Shown here in pieces: positions 43,801 through 58,089 of a DNA stretch of 64,000 bases. A program made the translations under genes and the position numbers. Origin of the DNA: Eledone cirrhosa (lineage: Eukaryota); contig OZ024757.1 of NCBI GenBank assembly GCA_964016885.1, forward strand, positions 33,046,001 to 33,110,000, in the 5' to 3' direction. Under the pieces are notes generated by a model, which did no database searches, had not been told where the DNA came from, and saw nothing but the letters and a program-made list of their open reading frames with translations. Each line of letters begins with the position of its first letter. Position 1 is the stretch's first letter.

Positions 43801-44187
43801 GATAGATATATCATCATCAGCATCGTTTAACATCCATCTTCCAAGCTAGCATGGGTTAGCGGGTTTTGTTCCATTTGATGCGGAATTGGTTGGGAGACCA
43901 TGTCTCGCTCATACGGAAGTGTTCCTGGCAGGTTTTCTATGGCTGGATGCCCTGCAGAGTTCTGTCTCATTTTGTGGCACGTTGGGATCAAATATCTCCT
44001 ACTATATCTGTGGGCTGTTTAATGGCTTGTGAGTTAATTTGCTATATACTTATATATATATAGAAATGGCTTCTACTGGACTAGAACTGTTTCATTCAAT
44101 TCAAAGGAAATGTATATATATATATATAATAAGCTTCCTTACAATTTCCTTCTACCAAATTAACTCACATGTGATTAAACATATATA

Positions 44188-44350
44188 TACCACCCAACAG
44201 GCTGAACTGGGTGCTTTTTGTCATGGTACCAACATAAAGTTTGATTCCAGCAGAAGTTGATGATATATATATATATATATATATATATCAGGCGCAGGTC
44301 CATGGCTTTTGAGACCGCCGGATACAAGTAATAATAATAATAATAATAAT

Positions 44351-44391
<41 letters not shown>

Positions 44392-44548
44392 CACATAAAT
44401 ATATTATTATTATTGGCATCTGTCGGACTTGAAAGACCATGGACCTGCGCCTGATATATATATATATATATATCATCAACTTCTGCTGGAATCAAACTTT
44501 ATGTTGGTACCATGACAAAAAGCACCCAGTTCAGCCTGTTGGGTGGTA
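44188..44548. repeat. Composite inverted duplication
   Basis: Arms contain SINE-like sequence, (TA)n and tcaggcgcaggtccatgg. Confidence 0.85.
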
Positions 44549-45199
44549 ATGCTGGTGCCATGAAAAAACTTCCCAATACATGCTGTAAAGTGGTTGGCTT
44601 TAGAAAGGGCATCCAACCATAGAAAACCAAATCAAAAATGGATTGTATGAGCAAAAGGAGGTCTCCATACCAGTCTGGCCTCAGTGTGACAGCCTAACTA
44701 ATCCATGCATGCATGAAAAATAGACATTAAAAGGAGATGATGATGATGGAAATACAAACATATAGGAGGCGAGAGAAAAACAGAGTATAGGAGAAATTGG
44801 ACGTTACATGGAAGAGAGAAGACTGCGGTGGTACACGTGTGTATGGGGGATGATAGTTGGGCAAAGAAGTGGCAGGATGTCCATGTGGAAGGAAGCTGTG
44901 AAAGAGGAAGACCACAAAAGACATGGGCAGAGGTGATGACAGCTTATCTTAAGGATGTTAAACCTCAGAAATAAGTTGAAGACAAGTTGCCAGATGCAGT
45001 TTTGTTGTTGGGGACCCAATCCAATTCATACAAAAACAATTTTACTATAAACACATCTTCTTCATTCTTTTGTTCCTTCTTTGTCCTCTTTTTCAACCAA
45101 TTATTCCTGAGAGGGTCACGAGGACAGAATCCTCAGACATGCTTTCCAGAGGGTGTTTTCAGAAGCAGCCACATGCAAATGATCCATAAACTCAATGAT

Positions 45200-45485
45200 A
45201 AAAAATGAGAGCTTCAGCCACAAACCCCGGTACCGCAGCACACAATGCAGAGGACAGGAAGATAAGCAAATACTGGGGCTTGTTTGACCGCTTCCTTTTT
45301 GCACCAGTTACTGTTGAGACCTCAGGCATCCTCAGACACCATATAGCTGACCTCCTCCGTAAAATCGGAATGACAGCAGCCCATCTGAGGAAGGATGGGA
45401 TGGCTGTGAGGTGGGATGGCTGTTGCAGCAAGTGTCGCTGGCCATTGTCCACAACAAAGCCTTTGCCATTTTGTCTGCGGTGCAC
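45200..45485 (+). mobile_element. Non-LTR retrotransposon remnant, restriction-like endonuclease type
   Basis: GTAAHNAEDRKISKY..LFAPVTVETSG. Confidence 0.6.
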
Positions 45486-46905
45486 AGACGAAACACCACT
45501 CTGACTTAGGTGTAGAGTCTGTCAGCTTCTCCCCTCCCCCTTTCTTTCATTGCTTAACAATCCTAGCACTTTCCCTCCTTTACCTCTTTTTTAAGCACTC
45601 GATGACATGGGTTTTCTTCTTCTATCTCAAATTTTATCTTCTAAAATAAAACGGGACTAAAGTCCCTAGAGCTTATCTCTAGTCAACAAACTACTAAATA
45701 TAGACTCAAAGCATATCTAATATTAAACATTGAAAATATAAATGTTGAAATTTAACCATAGATTCACTACAATAACAGCATTAGGGACAAAAAGTAAGTG
45801 GGCAGTAGCCACAACAGAAAATAAACTTTGTTGGAATTCAAGAAATACAGAGTTTGATTCTCAGTAGTGGTTGCTGCCCACTTATTTTCTGTCTCTAAGG
45901 GTATTTTACTTGATTTTCTAAAGCTATTATTGTTGTAATGAGTGTAATTAGTGTGTGCATTTAAAATTTTTAATTTCAAATCATCTAAATGCCTCGATAA
46001 ATTGTAAGATTAAACATTCAAATACATGCATTTAAGTAGAGGCACATAGCCTAATGGTTTGATTTCTGGACTTGGTTGTGTGTTCTTGAGGAAAACACCT
46101 CATTTTATGTTGCTCAAGTCTGCTCATCTGCTCATCTGAAGATGAGTACCAGCAATAACCGGGAGTTAAATCCTGTGATGGATTGGTGTACTGTCCAAGG
46201 AAAGTTTATACTCTCAGTCACTTAAAACCATGGAAACCAGGATAAGCGCTGGCCTGATGAACCTCCAGGCTCGAAACAGACTTTAGGTACATACATTTAA
46301 GAAAGATTAAGAAAAACCAACAAGATAGTTATTTAGTTAAAAGCCAGTCCAGTGTTTGTTGTGCATATTTTTCTTGCCACCATCATCATCGTCCTCATTT
46401 TTTACATCAATTTTTCCATTGCTAATAGTAACAGGCAAACATGACTGGTACTTTATTTTATTGACCCCATAAGGATGAAAGGCAAAGTTAACCTCGGTGG
46501 GATTTGAACTTAGAACATAAAGAGCTGTAACTCTATGTCGTAAAGCACGGTGTCCGACGCTCTACCAATACAGCCAATCCAAATAATAATAATATACCCC
46601 AAATTCCTGACTGTCATTAAACCAGTGAGTTGCAAAAAATCAGTCTCAAGGGTATTTCATACATTTTATGCAAGTTTCTCTCCATGTAGGCACACAAATT
46701 ATACATACAAATATACATGTACTCAAATATATATACACACTTCTGGATTATTTTACCAATCTTACAACTACATGGTATAACATCTCTTAACACTGACAAG
46801 CTTTCTGTCTCTTGAGATTTCTGATTGAGATGTGGGGGCAGCTCACACAAACAAACTATTGAAGAGCCCTCTTCAGATTTTAGTCTTCACGTTTATTATT
46901 ATTAC

Positions 46906-46938
<33 letters not shown>

Positions 46939-46941
46939 CAT

Positions 46942-47025
<84 letters not shown>

Positions 47026-47167
47026 ATATATATACATACATATATATACATATATATATATACATACATATACATACATACATATATATATTGGCAACAT
47101 GACCCTCCCAAAGCATAACAATATATATATAATATATATATATACATACATACATACATATATATAC

Positions 47168-47221
<54 letters not shown>

Positions 47222-47386
47222 ACTTATTTATTTTATATATATATATATTTATATATATATATATACATACATATATATATATACATACATATATATATAT
47301 ACATACATACATATATATATAAATATACATGTGTGTGTGTGTATATATATATATATGTATATATAATGTATATATATATATATAGT

Positions 47387-47728
47387 GGAGGCACATGGCT
47401 TAGTGGTTAGAGCATTGGCCTTGCAATCGAAAGGTTGTGAGTTCAATTCTCAGACCGGGTGATGTGTTGTTTCCTTGAGCAAGACACTTTATTTCACATT
47501 GCTCCAGTTTACTCAGCTGTAGAAATGAGATGAATGGGACTGGGGTCCCTATCATTCCACTGTAAAGTGGACGTGGAGGTGCCACGGCAAAAAAGCACCC
47601 AGCACTCACTGTAAATGAGGTTGGTGTTAGGAAGGGCATCCAGCTGTAGAAATCAAGCCAGAATCAGTTCCCGTCCCACCCTTGCAAGCAGGGAAAAAAG
47701 GACGTAAAATGAAATGATGATGATGATG

Positions 47729-47729
<1 letters not shown>
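47387..47729 (+). mobile_element. SINE family 1
   Basis: Full length, in (TA)n. Confidence 0.88.
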
Positions 47730-47761
<32 letters not shown>

Positions 47762-48086
47762 AATTGCAGAAGATAATAGGAATATAACCAGTGGTGAATG
47801 TTGTGAAGAGAAATCAAATGTGATGGCTGGCTCATGTGTTGAGGAAGGATGAAAGTAACAGGATAAGAGGAGCAATGGAAATGAATGAGGAAGGAATTAG
47901 CAGACAAGGAAGACTAAGAAGGACATGGCTAGCAATGATGGAGGAGTAAATGAAAGCCAAGTGATTAATGAGGGGAAATGCAGCTGATAATGAAAAATAG
48001 CTTGCTTTCCCCTTTCCCAGTGAACACCTAACACTGGTTTCAGCAGGAAAGAAAGCCTTAAAATGCTTCTTGTTGTGTGTGGGCGT

Positions 48087-48163
<77 letters not shown>

Positions 48164-48208
48164 TCCAAACCCATGCAAGCATGGAATATGGACGTTAAAC
48201 GATGATGA

Positions 48209-48264
<56 letters not shown>

Positions 48265-48295
48265 AGATCAAAAAGATGGTTAAAAGAGTTCCAAG

Positions 48296-48362
48296 TTTTA
48301 TTATGCGCATTTCAAAAACAAATATCATCATGGGATGATATTTGCGTTCTCATCAGATAAAA
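48296..48362 (-). ncRNA. Hammerhead motif in second family B copy (about 48262-48460)
   Basis: ttttat CTGATGA gaac-gcaaatatcatc..gatgatatttgt-tttt GAAA tgcgca TA ataaaa. Confidence 0.8.
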
Positions 48363-48488
48363 TAGGGAGACACGATATGAAGCTTAAAAAACACTTGCGA
48401 GCAGTGAAGTGTTAAATCAACATATATACTCGTCCATGGATCTCGGGAATTTTACCCGCCTTAGATAGATAGATAGATATATATATAT

Positions 48489-48600
48489 AAGTTTATCCTG
48501 GGTTCAATTGGGGGTAACCACAGTAAGTAGGGTACTCAATACATAGCAAAGTATATATATTTAATATAGAAAAGGCTTCTACAGAACTAGAACTGTTTCA
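48489..48600 (-). mobile_element. Family A tail and 3' half of the hammerhead
   Basis: Colinear with 645-758; flanked by TA repeats. Confidence 0.7.
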
Positions 48601-49193
48601 TATGTATATATACTTCATGTGACGAAAGAGCCTTGACAATACATAAACAACCACCCGGTTAGCGAACCAACCAACTGGAAATTTATAGTAAATTGAAGTG
48701 AAAATCAACAGGTGCATGTGTTTTTATTGGCAGCATGACCCTCCCAAAATATAACAAAGTGCTTCACGAGAATGCTGAGGATGGCTCTGAACATTAATCA
48801 GTATACACTGAGGATGAAGAACTCAGAGCTGTACGGGAGCCTCCCAAAAGTCAGCTGAAAAGTAGCACAGAGGAAACTGAGGTTAGCTGGACATGCTCAC
48901 CGACATCCAGAGTTGACACTGCACTCAGTGTTCCTATGGGAGCCCCTATATATAGAGAGAGAGCTAGATAGATAGATATAGATAGATATCTATTGGGTTT
49001 TTTTTCTTGGAATTTTGTTGTTATCTTCTGTATGAGGTTCACATATCTGTGCTATTTGTACTCGGTCCTTTCTAAATTATATAATTAATTACCACTCTGA
49101 AACAATGAATTCATTTTGTGTATCATAGAATGCTGATAGGGCCACTCAGATAAATGGGCTCGTGCTGTGTAGACATGCAACTTTGATAAAATC

Positions 49194-49272
<79 letters not shown>

Positions 49273-49447
49273 TAAAATAACAGATTAAAGTTTAAGCAAA
49301 TATATATATATATACATACACATATATATATATATCATCATCATCATCTTCATAGTCGTTTTATCGTCCACTTTTCCTGCTAGAATGGGTTGGACGGGTC
49401 TACATACATACACAAAGTCAGTACGGAAATGGAGCCACTGATCTCCC

Positions 49448-49498
<51 letters not shown>

Positions 49499-49811
49499 CA
49501 GGAAAAGGTTTTTAATCTCATTGCTGACAATTGTCTCTCTGAACTGGTAGGTGTAGATATCGCTACCCGCTTGTTTTCACATCATTCGATCACCAAAACC
49601 TTTTTTGTATAGCAAACCATGTCACTCTTCTTTCCTGATTTATCATTACTCCAAGTGTTTACAACAGAAATTACCGCGTACTCGCAGCATCACTATGGAA
49701 ACGCCTTGTTAAGTCAAACTTAGCCAAACGTTGATATCATCCACTACTCGGAGTAACATAAGTGGGCTGCCTATAACAATAATCTGTTACCCCATATATA
49801 TATATATATAT

Positions 49812-50100
49812 TGTGAGTTCAATTCTCAGACCGGCTGATGTGTTGTTTCCTTGAGCAAGACACTTTATTTCACATTTCTCCAGTTTACTCAGCTGTAGAA
49901 ATGAGATGATAGGGACTGGGGTCCACTGCAAAGTGGTCGTGGAGGTGCCACGGCATAAAAGCACCCAGCACTCACTGTAAATGAGGTTGGTGTTAGGAAG
50001 GGCATCCAGCTGTAGAAATCAAGCCAGAATCAGTTCCCGTCCCACCCTTGCAAGCAGGGAAAAAGCGGACGTAAAATGAAATGATGATGAAATGATGATG
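49812..50100 (+). mobile_element. SINE family 1, 5' truncated
   Basis: Starts at the B box. Confidence 0.82.
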
Positions 50101-51759
50101 ATATATATATATACAAAAGGCAAATAGAAATAACAAAGCAAAAGACACAGTACAATGAAATATATATATATATATATGCTGAGCTGGTTTATCTATATTG
50201 TGAAGATATGCAATAAATGTTGACCTCACTATCAAACACAAATAACTTTGTTCATTGTCGTTATCAGCCATGGTATTTCCGCTGTGATCTTCACAGGAAA
50301 TATCTTAAGTAGTTGACACTTAATACTGCATGGCTCGTCAGCAGTTCTTCATTGTTGTTGTTTTTGTTGTTCTTGTTGCTGTCATCTTATCAACTGATAA
50401 AATAAAAATACAAGAGCTAAGAAAAAAAAATGGCCTGGGTTCAATAAGATCTACTAAAGCTCTTCAAAAGCAATGAACCAGTGTAAACTCTGCCCAAATG
50501 ATTGAAATCAGTAAAGAATAAGAGAACACACACAAACACACACATGCACGTGCGCACACATACACACACACACACACACACTCATTATATATATATATAA
50601 CACAACAACTTCTCTAGTGTTGGTTATTTACATGATAAACGCACCCAGTACATTCTGTAAAGTGGTTGGTGATATGAAGGGCGTCCAGCCATAGAAAGCC
50701 TGCCAAACAAAGAGTTGGAAGGACCCTTCAGTTTGTGTCAAAACACGACAACTTATCTTCTGCATTTGATATAACTGTAGCTAAGTGGGATACAGACATC
50801 CTCGGCCTATCTGGGACATCAGTGGCCCTGGTTCAGTACTGACTTGGTCTATATAGACCTGCTCAACTCTTGCTAGCAGGGAAAGGGGATGTTAAATGAT
50901 GATGAAGATATATATGTGAGTATGCAGGATATCCATAGATAAAAGGCCAAAGAAAACCATCCTCAATTTAATAGTACAAGACAGCTTATTTAGTTTATAT
51001 TAAAATTTATGTCATACCTGAACATGCATGTGCGACCTTAGGTTTTGGGCTCCAGCTATGGCCATCACTGTGTAGTGGAGAAGCGGTTCTAAAACTGGTT
51101 CAGTACTGACTTGGTCTATGTAGACCTGTCCAACCCTTGCAAGCAGGGAAAGCAGATGTTAAATGATGATGATGATGATATATATATGTGTGTTTGTGCA
51201 TAGAACAATTAAAAAAAGACAGTAGTCAGGTGTAGGTAGATAATTAGTTCATTGTTTTACAATCACTTCAGAGGGTTGATTGATCATTGGAGATCGATGT
51301 ATCAACTAGCATGGTAGTGGTTAAGCTACTATCTATTTCTAGTCTCAAAATCCCTGTGCAATCGACTGTCTCCTTCAGAAAATATATATATAACGATGAT
51401 TATGATGATATATTTATTTATATATATGTGTCAATGTGTGTGTGTGTAGTGTGTCACCATTATTTTTTACATTGACATTTCCATGCTGGCAACCCTAAAC
51501 TGAAACATATAAGGCAGTTAGAAGCTGCTGACTCAGTGGTGAGAGTTTGTGGAAAATGAATATGATGTTAAAAAACAAACAGCTTTGAACATAGGCAAGG
51601 CTTAGAACAAACTTAGCCTTGTATTTTACATCCTGACTTCAAGGGAGAATACCATGTGACCCTATCTGTAAACCAGGAATTTGAATATATAAGAGAGTTA
51701 GAAGCTGGTGGCTCGCTGGTGAAATTTTATGAAGAGTATGACGTTAAAAAAACCCAGCT

Positions 51760-52182
51760 TTAACCCTTTAGCATTTAAACCGGCTATATCCGGCCAGAAT
51801 TCTTTCACCTTTTACTATTCAAACCGGCCATATCTAGCCACTCATACTGACATTAAGGTATTGTTCTCAAAATAAATAATAACATCATCAAAATCTCATA
51901 GATTCCATATGTGAGATAAAGCCATGAAAATATAATAGTAGAGAAATGTAAATGCTAAAGGGTTAACCCTTCAGCATTTAAACCAGCCGTATTCGGCCAG
52001 AATTTTCTCACCTCTTTCTGTTCAATTAACCGGCCGCAATTACTTATGATAAGGTATTGTTCTCAAAATAGGTAATATCAAAATCTCATAGATTGAATAT
52101 TATGTGAAATAATTGTGAGATAAAGCCTTTACCATGAAAATATAATAGTAAATATAGAGTAATGTAAATACTAAAGGTTTAA
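51760..52182 (+). mobile_element. Two tandem piggyBac-like MITEs sharing a TTAA (51963-51966)
   Basis: ...AAAGGG-TTAA-CCCTT... junction. Confidence 0.8.
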
Positions 52183-52849
52183 ACACACAAAAGGCTAAGC
52201 AGAAATTCACTGCATTCTCTTTGAAATATAATGTTAATACAAATCCTAAATTATCATCTGTAGATGCAAGAAAGTGTAGGAGTTTTACAAAGGGTGCAAA
52301 TCTTGAAGTAACAGTGACAAAATGGGTTATTCATCAACGAACCTGCAAGAATGACATTGACCGTGTAGAAATTCAAAGTACTGCTGCCAAACTAGTTTGA
52401 AAGATGTGCAACACAAATTTCAAATATGGTGACAAGTGGTTATGGTGATTAGAAATCACTAGGGAAGCGGGTGATAAAATTACCGATGGTGATGCAGTGA
52501 GAGAACATCAACCGAGGAATTCAAATAATTCAGGAAGTTAGATATATGGCTTGAGTAAGAGGGGCACCTAATTTCTCAAGTGTATAATGTAAATAAAACT
52601 GGGTTATATCGGCAGTCACTACACCGGAATGCTGAAGACTGAAACCTCCACACCTAATCATAAATTATGTAAAGAACATTTTTTGGTGTCATATTATGCG
52701 AATGCAAACACTATTCATATTTTTATATTAGTGGTGGTGGGTAAGCAAGCACATCAGCATAAGCATCAGTTATTGTGTTATTACCATTTCAAGAAATCAT
52801 GGTGCAACATGAATACTTTAATGACTGGTTTTTCTTGCACTTCATTCCT

Positions 52850-53445
52850 TTGTTTCTTCTTCTTCTTCTTCTTGTTCCTCCCCTACTCCTTTGCCTTCTT
52901 TCACTCTTCTTCCTTCTCCTCCCCACTTCTTTGCTTTTTTTTTCATTCTTCTTTCTTCCTCCTTCCCCACACCTTTGCTTTCCTTCATTCTTTTTCTTCT
53001 TCTCTGCCTCCTCCTTCTGCCACTAATTTCTGGGAGAGTCATGGCAGTAGAGTCCTCAAACACACCTTCCAGAATATCCTGTCAGAAACAACCGTCTTCA
53101 ATTAATCCAGCTGGATCTCCAAGCCAGACCACATGAGCTCATGGATGTTATCCAATCATCTTGCTTGGGGGGTCTACCTCTGGCTCTCATGCTGGTTGGC
53201 TTTGCCTACAAAATCTGTCCAGCAATTTTTTTCCTTAGATATTCTAATCATGTGGCCATAATATTGGAGCTGTGATCCCTCAAGTCGAAGAAGTAGCATC
53301 TCTATCTGAACCAACTCCCTGATCTCTGAACAACGCACTCTTTAGAGGAACCCCATTTTGGCTGCTTCTAATCACAATCTTATTCCTTTGGTCATTACCC
53401 AAGATTCAGAACCATAGGTAAGAGTTGGCACGAACACTGAACTAA
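52850..53445 (-). mobile_element. RTE-like LINE 3' fragment with (GAA)n tail inserted in the Tigger remnant
   Basis: Reverse complement resembles 18348-18680. Confidence 0.7.
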
Positions 53446-53644
53446 AAATGTTCCTGAAGTTTGTAAATACCAGGAAGATTTCCTCAAATGCTAATAAGAT
53501 AAAGGTGCTAATAATTTTGGACAACACACCTGCTCACCAAGGTAGCTTCCAGCTTGTTAGCAATGATGGTAAAATAAGGTGCAGGGTCCTGTCATTCAAT
53601 TTTACCTCCACAATCCAGGCAATAGATCAAGATATAACTGTAAC

Positions 53645-54485
53645 CTGCAAGAATTTATACCATTAAAGTTCTTGGGGTAAAAAATGAAAACAATCTTAAA
53701 GGAAGATAGGCTACAAGAACTTATACCAACAAAGACATTTGGATGAAGTTGTTATGGTGACAGATGAAGACGCGCTTAAGGAAGACAGATGAAGACAAAG
53801 AACTCAATACCTTGCAAGAGCTTATATAAACAAAGACATTTGGAAAAGGTTCTTGTGGTGATGAATTAGGGCGATCTTAAGGAAGGTACATAAAGATAAA
53901 GAACTCTGTAAGACCATATACCAATGAAGGTGTTTAGATGAAGTTCTTCTGGTAAGAGATGAAGACATTACAAAGACAAAGAACTCAATAGGCTGCAATA
54001 GTTTATACCAGCAGAGGTGTTTGAATGAAGTTCTTGTGCCAATAGATGAGGGCAATCTTAAGGAAGATACAGAAGGACAAAAACCTCAATAGCCTGCAAG
54101 TGTTTAGATAAAGGTCTTCTGGTGAGAGATGAAGACATACAAACACAAAGAACTCAATAGGTGGCAAGACCTTATAGAAACAAAGGTGTTTATATGAAGT
54201 TGTTGTAATTAGAGAAGAGGTCAACTTAACCCTTTAGCATTTACATTACTCTATATATACTATTTTATTTTCACAGTAAAGGCTTTACCTCACATAATTA
54301 TCTCACTTAGCATCGAATCTATAAGATTTTGTTATTATCTATTTTGAGAACAATATTTTAACAGCAGTATGAGCAGCCAGTTACAGCTGGTTGGAACAGA
54401 AAGAGGTGAGAGAATTCTGACTGGATACAGCCAGTCTAAATTCTAAAGGGTTAAGGAAGACACACGTAGACAAAGAACTCAGAAA
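53645..54485. repeat. Degenerate tandem array grown from the end of the transposase remnant
   Basis: Recurrent caagaacttatacca..gatgaagttcttgtggtga..gatgaagac..acaaagaactcaata units, interrupted by a MITE. Confidence 0.65.
54226..54454 (-). mobile_element. piggyBac-like MITE
   Basis: TTAA duplication on both sides, inside a tandem array. Confidence 0.8.
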
Positions 54486-54599
54486 CATCTAAAACTACAA
54501 TTCCAAGTCTGCAATATTTGAATTCAGTAGATTTATGGAAGACACTGACAACTACTACACTAAATGGAGGGGGCAGATAATGGCTGAGGAGGGGGAGGA

Positions 54600-55200
54600 G
54601 GAGGTGGATAATTATGATGATGAGGGTCATGATGATGATGATGAGAATAATGGTGATGATATTGTTGATGATCATGATGGTGATGATGATGACAACGAGG
54701 GTGATGATATTGTTGATGGTGATGACGTTGAAGGTGATGATGGTGGTGATGATGATGATGATATTGTTGATGATGGTGCTGGTGATGATGATGATGACAA
54801 CGAGAGTGATGATATTGTTGATGATGGTGATGATGATGATGATGACAATGATGGTGGTGATATTGTTGATGATGATGATGATACTGACGCTGATGACAAT
54901 GATGGTGCTGGTGATGGTGATGATGATGATGATGACAATGAAGGTGATGATATTGTTGATGATGGTGCTGGTGATGGTGATGATGATGATGATGACAATG
55001 AAGGTGATGATGATGGTGATGATGATGATGACACTGAAGAGGATGATGATGTTGACAATGATGGTGATGATATTGTTGGTGATAGTGATGATGATGACAA
55101 CGAGAGTGATGATATTGTTGATGATGATGATGGTGATGATGATGATAATGATGACAATGATAGTGATGATGGTGATGATGATGGTGATGATGATGATGAT
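54600..55200. repeat. (GAT)n-derived higher-order simple repeat
   Basis: Recurrent gacaacgagagtgatgatattgttgatgatggt units. Confidence 0.85.
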
Positions 55201-55262
55201 TATACATGTCATCTTTTTCTATTTTAAATTAACAGTTCCATGTTTTTTTTTGTCTTTTACAG

Positions 55263-55278
55263 ACCTTTGCTGCCATTG
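55263..55278 (+). CDS. 16-nt microexon (TFAAI + G) completing the signal peptide
   Basis: Strong acceptor ttttttttgtcttttacAG and GTAAGT donor at 55279. Phase 0 in and phase 1 out bridges exon 1 and the VWA exon exactly. Confidence 0.72.
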
Positions 55279-56209
55279 GTAAGTTAACATACAACAGACT
55301 ATTTTAACATTGCACTGAATTAACCTTTCAAGCAGTTAATTACTTATAATTAATCACTGTTAATCTATATTTAATTAGTCAGCTATAAGTAATTCTTTGC
55401 TTCAGTTAATATTGCATCATCATCAATAGAAACTTATTTATCCATCTATATATAAATTTGAGCAACTTCCTTCCGTCCGTTACACGATGTGTGTGTTTGT
55501 GTGAATGTATATGTGCGTGTTTGTGTGTATGTGTTTGTGTGAATGTATGTGTGCGTGTGTGTGAACGTATGTGTGTGTGTGTGTTTATGTGAATGTATGT
55601 GAGTGTAAAAGGAAGGAAGGGGATGGTGAAAAAACTATAGCAAAATGCGGCTGGCGTTCCATTTGCTTCGCTGTGTGTGAGTGTATGTGTTTGAGCAAAT
55701 GTGTGTCTGTGTTTGTGTGAATGTGTGTGTGTGTGTGCATTTGTGTGAATGTATGTGTGTTTGTGTGAATGTGTGTGTGTTTGTGTGAATGTGTGTGTGT
55801 TTGTGTGAATGTATGCCTGTGAGTGTGTATTTTTGTAAGTGTGTCTGTGTTTGTGCCTTTATATTTATATACTCATACATATATATGTATGCATACGCAC
55901 ATACACACACATATACATATACGTGTCAGCGTGCTGAAAAAAGTCCTAGTAAATAATAATTTGCAATGTGTTTTTATTTGCTGTCACATAAACAACAAAG
56001 TGTGGAAGTAGGAAGCTATCAAATGAGAGAGTGAGAGAGAGAGAGAGAGAGAGAGAATGAGTGAGTGAGTGACAATAGGAGAATTTGGTGACAGTCTTCT
56101 CAATTGGATGACAGTGTTTGTAGTTCAACAACATAATGTTTACTTTAAGTCAGTCTGCACAAATTGTTTTTGCGAGATGTTTCAACAGCTTTTGGATAGA
56201 CATCACAAT

Positions 56210-56560
56210 TCTATGACAGTCACAACAATATTATGACAGTCATAACTATATTGTGACAGTCATAACAGTATTATGACAGTCATCATAATGGTATTATGAC
56301 AATCATCATAATGGTATTATGACAGTCATAACTATTATGACATTCTTCAGTTTTATTTGTCTTCAGTCACAAGTATATTCTGACAGTCTTATGACAGTTT
56401 TAAATAGTCTACACAGTTTAATGCCTCTTCACAGTGTTATGACAGTCATAACAACATTATGACAACCTTCACAGTGTTATGACAGTCATAACAACATTAT
56501 GACAATATTCACGGTATTATGATAGTCTTCACAGTACTATGACAGATTTACTACAGCAGT
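56210..56560. repeat. Minisatellite, about 20-23 bp
   Basis: (ttatgacagtcataacaata)-like units. Confidence 0.8.
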
Positions 56561-56718
56561 CTTCACATGTTTCTCCCAATCTTCATTGTTTTATGAATTC
56601 TTCTAACTTCTTACAATAGATTTCATCAAAATTTTCTAACAATTTTCACAGTTTTGTAGAAAGGAAAATTCTACCTTTGGACATTGTATTAACTCATAGT
56701 TAAACATTTTATTTACAG

Positions 56719-57291
56719 AGTATTACTGTGGTGGTAAGCCGGCAGACATAGTTTTCCTGCTAGATGCCTCTGCAAGCATCTGGGGACCAGACTTTAAAAA
56801 GCAGACCAAATTTGTAGAAAATGTGGTATCGATGTTCCAAATAAGCCCTCGAATGACACAGGTGGGCGTGCTTACCTACTCCCATGCAGTCGACCTTGAG
56901 TTTCCCCTCAACAGGCACCGGACTAAACATAGTTTGGTACGGGCAATCAGGAGAATTGACCATAGGCCTGGGTTTGCAACGAACACAGCACTTGGTATCA
57001 AATACATGCGCAATCATATGTTCACAGCAAAACAGGGAGCTCGAGAAAACGTGGTGAGAGTGGCAATTGTCATGACTGATGGGAAATCTGCCAACATCCT
57101 TTTGACTTTGTGGCAAGCCACCAGAGCACGGCGTTCCTCTCACATAAACATATTTTCCATTGGGATCGGTGACGGTGTAAATATAAGAGAACTGCAAGGA
57201 ATCGCAGGAAACAAAAACCATGCTTTTACTGTAGACAATTACGCAGCACTTGATTCAATCAGAGAAATTCTTGCCATTGAAACATGTAGAG
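56719..57291 (+). CDS. VWA domain exon (matrilin / collagen VI-XII-like)
   Basis: tttacAG acceptor and G/GTAAGT donor, 573 nt, phase 1-1. Reads YYCGGKPADIVFLLDASAS...TNT...VMTDG...SIGIG...ETCR, with an intact MIDAS (DxSxS, T, D) and flanking Cys. Confidence 0.95.
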
Positions 57292-58047
57292 GTAAGTGTC
57301 AATTCTTATTTTCTTTCATTTTAATAACAAACAATTGTTTGATTATTTTTTTTAAATAAGGAAATTTTATATTTGTTTGTGTATATATATATATATAATA
57401 ATAATTGTTTCTACTTTTGGCACAAGGCCAGCAATTACCCAGTGCATTACTGGTACTTTATTTTATCGACCTCGTAAGGATGAAAGGCAAAGTTAACTTT
57501 GGCGGGATTTGAACTGAGAATGGCAAGGACCGTAACTCTATGCGTCAAAGCATGGCGTCCGACCCTCTACCAATACTGCCAATCCACTGTCCTTATATAT
57601 ATATACAATAATAATAATAATAGTAATAATTATTTCTACTTTTGGTACAAGGCCAGTAATTATCCCAGTGCATTACTGGTTCGTTATGCACTGGGATGAT
57701 AATAATAATAAACAAAAGATAGTTACTTTAGATCATCTCTATTTATTTTATTATATATATTTCAAAGATGCAAGGCTTATTTATAACATAATCGAAAACA
57801 TTTTCTCATCAGATAAAATGGATAGGAGACGCAATTTTCTTTTGATATACTAGCAGTCAGCCGAACTGGACAGATCGTTGACAACCAAGCATATTTATAG
57901 TAATATATGAGGTTATAGTGTGCTAGTTCACTATTTTCATTGGTAAGATAAGTTAAGCTCAATGCCCTCTTTTACCCTTCGTTCTTCAGGAGTGAATAGT
58001 TACAATAGCAGAGCATTTATAATTCAAAATCCAGTAAGACCAAGGAT

Positions 58048-58089
<42 letters not shown>

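Larger units (their letters stand above)
51490..53670 (+). pseudogene. Decayed Tigger/pogo-type transposase with nested insertions
   Basis: psq-HTH-like IRQLEAADSVVRVC..EYDVKKQT (duplicated near 51690), YNVNKTGLY, and DDE_1-like LIILDNTPAH...TSTIQAIDQD. Many stops and frameshifts. Confidence 0.75.

Noticed and set aside
54535-55227. 230-aa Asp-rich ORF near the VWA exon, suggesting an acidic biomineralisation protein
   Set aside because: A (GAT)n-type repeat is open in several frames by default. It has no signal peptide or clear splice sites and lies in the intron just before the microexon acceptor.
56823-57359. ORF-track boundaries for the VWA protein
   Set aside because: They omit the MIDAS-containing start and run past the GTAAGT donor; the exon is 56719-57291.
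57778-57819. Hammerhead-like CTGATGA-gaaaa-tg-ttttc on the - strand
   Set aside because: GAAA is replaced by GATT, too degenerate to call.
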